Part shown: one piece after another, positions 61,809 to 64,000 of the stretch | How positions within the stretch are numbered: position 1 is the stretch's first letter | Layout of the letters: each line of letters starts with the position of its first letter | DNA from: Mobula hypostoma | Lineage: Eukaryota | Direction: 5' to 3' | NCBI RefSeq assembly: GCF_963921235.1 | Contig: NC_086107.1 | Location: 110,548,001-110,612,000 of the forward strand | Length of the DNA: 64,000 nt | The notes under the pieces: generated by a model | Seen by the model: the letters and a program-made list of their open reading frames with translations, nothing else | The model's database searches: none | What the model was told of the DNA's origin: nothing | Made by a program: the position numbers and the translations under genes

Positions 61809-64000
61809 CTATCCCTCCTTCTATCTTCATATCATCAGTAAACTTTGCCACAAAGCCATCAATTTCACTATCTAAATCATTGACAAACTCTATTTTATAT
61901 TGACTATCCTGTTGTACATAATAATTATTATAAATTACTATAAATTGCGCATTTAGACAGAGACAGAACGTAAAGATTTTTACTCCTCATGTACATGGAG
62001 GATGTAAGTAATAATAAAGTCTATTCAATGTGAAAAGTAGTGGTCCCAATACTGTCCCCTGAGGAACACCACTAGTCACTGGCAGCCAACCAGAAAAGGC
62101 CCCCTTAATTCCCACTTGTTGCCTCCTGCCTGTCAGCCATTCCTTTAACCATGCCAGTATATTTCCTGTGATACCATAGGATTTTATCTTGTTAAGCACC
62201 CTCATGTGAGGCACCTTATCAAATGCCTTCTGAAAATTTTAGTAAATGACATCCACTGCCTCTCCCTTGTCCACCCTACTTGTTACTTCCTTGAAGAATT
62301 CAAACAGATTTGTCAGGCAAAATTTCCCTTTACAGAAACCACACTGGTTTTGAATTATTTTATCATTTGTCTCCAAGTAGCCCGAAACCTTGTCCTTAAT
62401 AATGGACTCCACCTCTTTCCCAACCACTGAGGTTAGGTTAACTGACCTAATCTCTTTTGTCTTCCTCCCTTCTTAAAGAGTGGAGTGTCATTTGCAATTT
62501 TCAGTCCTGCAGGACCATGCCAGAATCAAGTGATTCTGGAAAGATCATGACGAATGCATCTGTTATCTCTTCAGCAACCTCTTTCAGGACTCTGGGATAT
62601 TGTCCATCTGGTCCAGGTGATTTATCCACCTTAAGATCCTTCAGTTTGCCTAGCACTTTTTCCTTTGTAATAGCAATGGCACTCACTCCTGCTCTCTGAC
62701 ACTCAGTGACCTCTGGCACACAGCTGGTGTCTTCCACAGTGAAGGTCAAAGCAAAGTACTTATTAAGTTCATCTGCCATTTCTTTGTCCCCATTACTACC
62801 TTACCAGCATAACTTTCCAGTGGTCCAATATCAACTCTCACCTCTCTTTTATTCTTTATATAATTGAAAAAGCTTTAGCTCAGTTCAATTTTAGTTTTAG
62901 AAGTGAAACGTCAGAGCTGTGGAATAGAGTTGGGGGGAGGGATTTGTTTACTGGAAGGAGAAATTGATTAGGTATCTGATTTTGATTCAAATGGGACGGA
63001 GAATGAACGTGGTAACAACTGACTTGCCTGCGTAGATATTGGGATCCCTCGTTTACATCAGCCTGTGTTTAAGAACGGGAGGGTAGTTTCTGATGATGGG
63101 CAGAAGGTCTGATTCTGTTAGACGGAGCTCTTCTTGTCCCGGTGAAGCTGCTGACAGACGGCCACTCCAGCTCACTTGGACCTCCGGCCAGGGACAGATG
63201 TAAGACAAGGGCAGTCCTGTCAAATTTGGCGATTTGGATGGTGGTAAGGACATGTTAATAAAAGGTGCCGATGTGCTAATTAACATGGTTTATCTGAGGT
63301 TGGATGAAAAGGGCTGGGCTCTGTGAAGCCGGATAGAAGAGGCGACAATCTGTTCAGTTCTATAATTAAAATACCTGAATCACATTCAAGAGAAATTTGC
63401 CTTGTTGGTTGAGCTACAACAGGCTCCAAAATTTCCGAAAATCCAAAAAAAAGGGCCAGAGGAAGTGGCGGACTGCACTGTTCGCCCCAGTCACATGCGA
63501 TTGGGTAAAGCACTACAGATGATCGTCATCCCTGTTAGTTTTGACATTCGAGGTTCAGGATTATTTATTGTCATTCTTCAGCAAGCGTGTGTAAAGGAGA
63601 ACAAAATAATTGTTCCTCTGGATTCAATGCAGCTTTAAAAGACATAATATGCATAAGAACACAATGAGTGCACGATTGGTTTAACGCATACAAAGTGCTG
63701 GAGGAGCAAGATGTTGGGCGCCGCGGTAGTGTGGCGGTTAACGCGACACTATTACAGCTCGCAGTGTCGGAGTTCAGAGTTCCCAATGGCCCCTGTAGCT
63801 AGATAGATAGATACTCTACTGATTCCAAAGGAAATTACTGTGTCACATTAGCATTACAAGTGCACAGATATAAATATTAGAAGAGAAGTAGAAAGAATAA
63901 AAAATAAGTTACCACAAACAATCTCACAGGAGAGGGTTATCACTTCCCTGGCTATTGGTTTAGTCTTTATAGACCCCAATGGCCGAAGGTAAGAACGACC

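Larger units (their letters stand above)
59120..62875 (-). mobile_element. older CR1 LINE carrying three nested insertions
   Basis: Collinear ORF2 pieces at 59209-59949, 60338-60352, 61810-61885 and 62025-62875. Confidence 0.75.

Overview
Eukaryotic, transposon-saturated, intronic or intergenic DNA. I found no recognisable host protein-coding gene, rRNA, true tRNA gene or CRISPR array. The repeat set points to a cartilaginous fish, probably a ray (inference): V-domain/HE1-type SINEs, CR1 LINEs with (CCATAAGA)n or (ATAGAAAC)n tails, Rex1/Babar LINEs, Penelope-like GIY-YIG elements, and Tc1, hAT, Harbinger and Chapaev3 DNA transposons. Nearly all ORFs in the track are TE fragments or repeat artefacts. 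The strongest signal is a Penelope-like (PLE) family whose terminus carries a minimal type I hammerhead ribozyme motif, AGTC-CTGACGA-AGGGTCTCGGCCC-GAAACGTC-GACT. About 20 copies occur, 6 with intact cores. Three insertions are head-to-head inverted dimers (about 0.3, 0.6 and 1.2 kb), each bounded by one 13-14 bp target-site duplication, and there are also ~190-bp hairpin derivatives. Other notable items: an internally deleted Chapaev3 element, an 868-bp solo LTR with a perfect 5-bp TSD, a tRNA-SINE together with its likely RTE LINE partner, a YY1-headed non-autonomous retroelement, a full-length decayed Tc1, a nested CR1 stack and a ~1-kb (CA)n array. Boundaries of old repeats are approximate, and family names come from motif recognition, not database searches.
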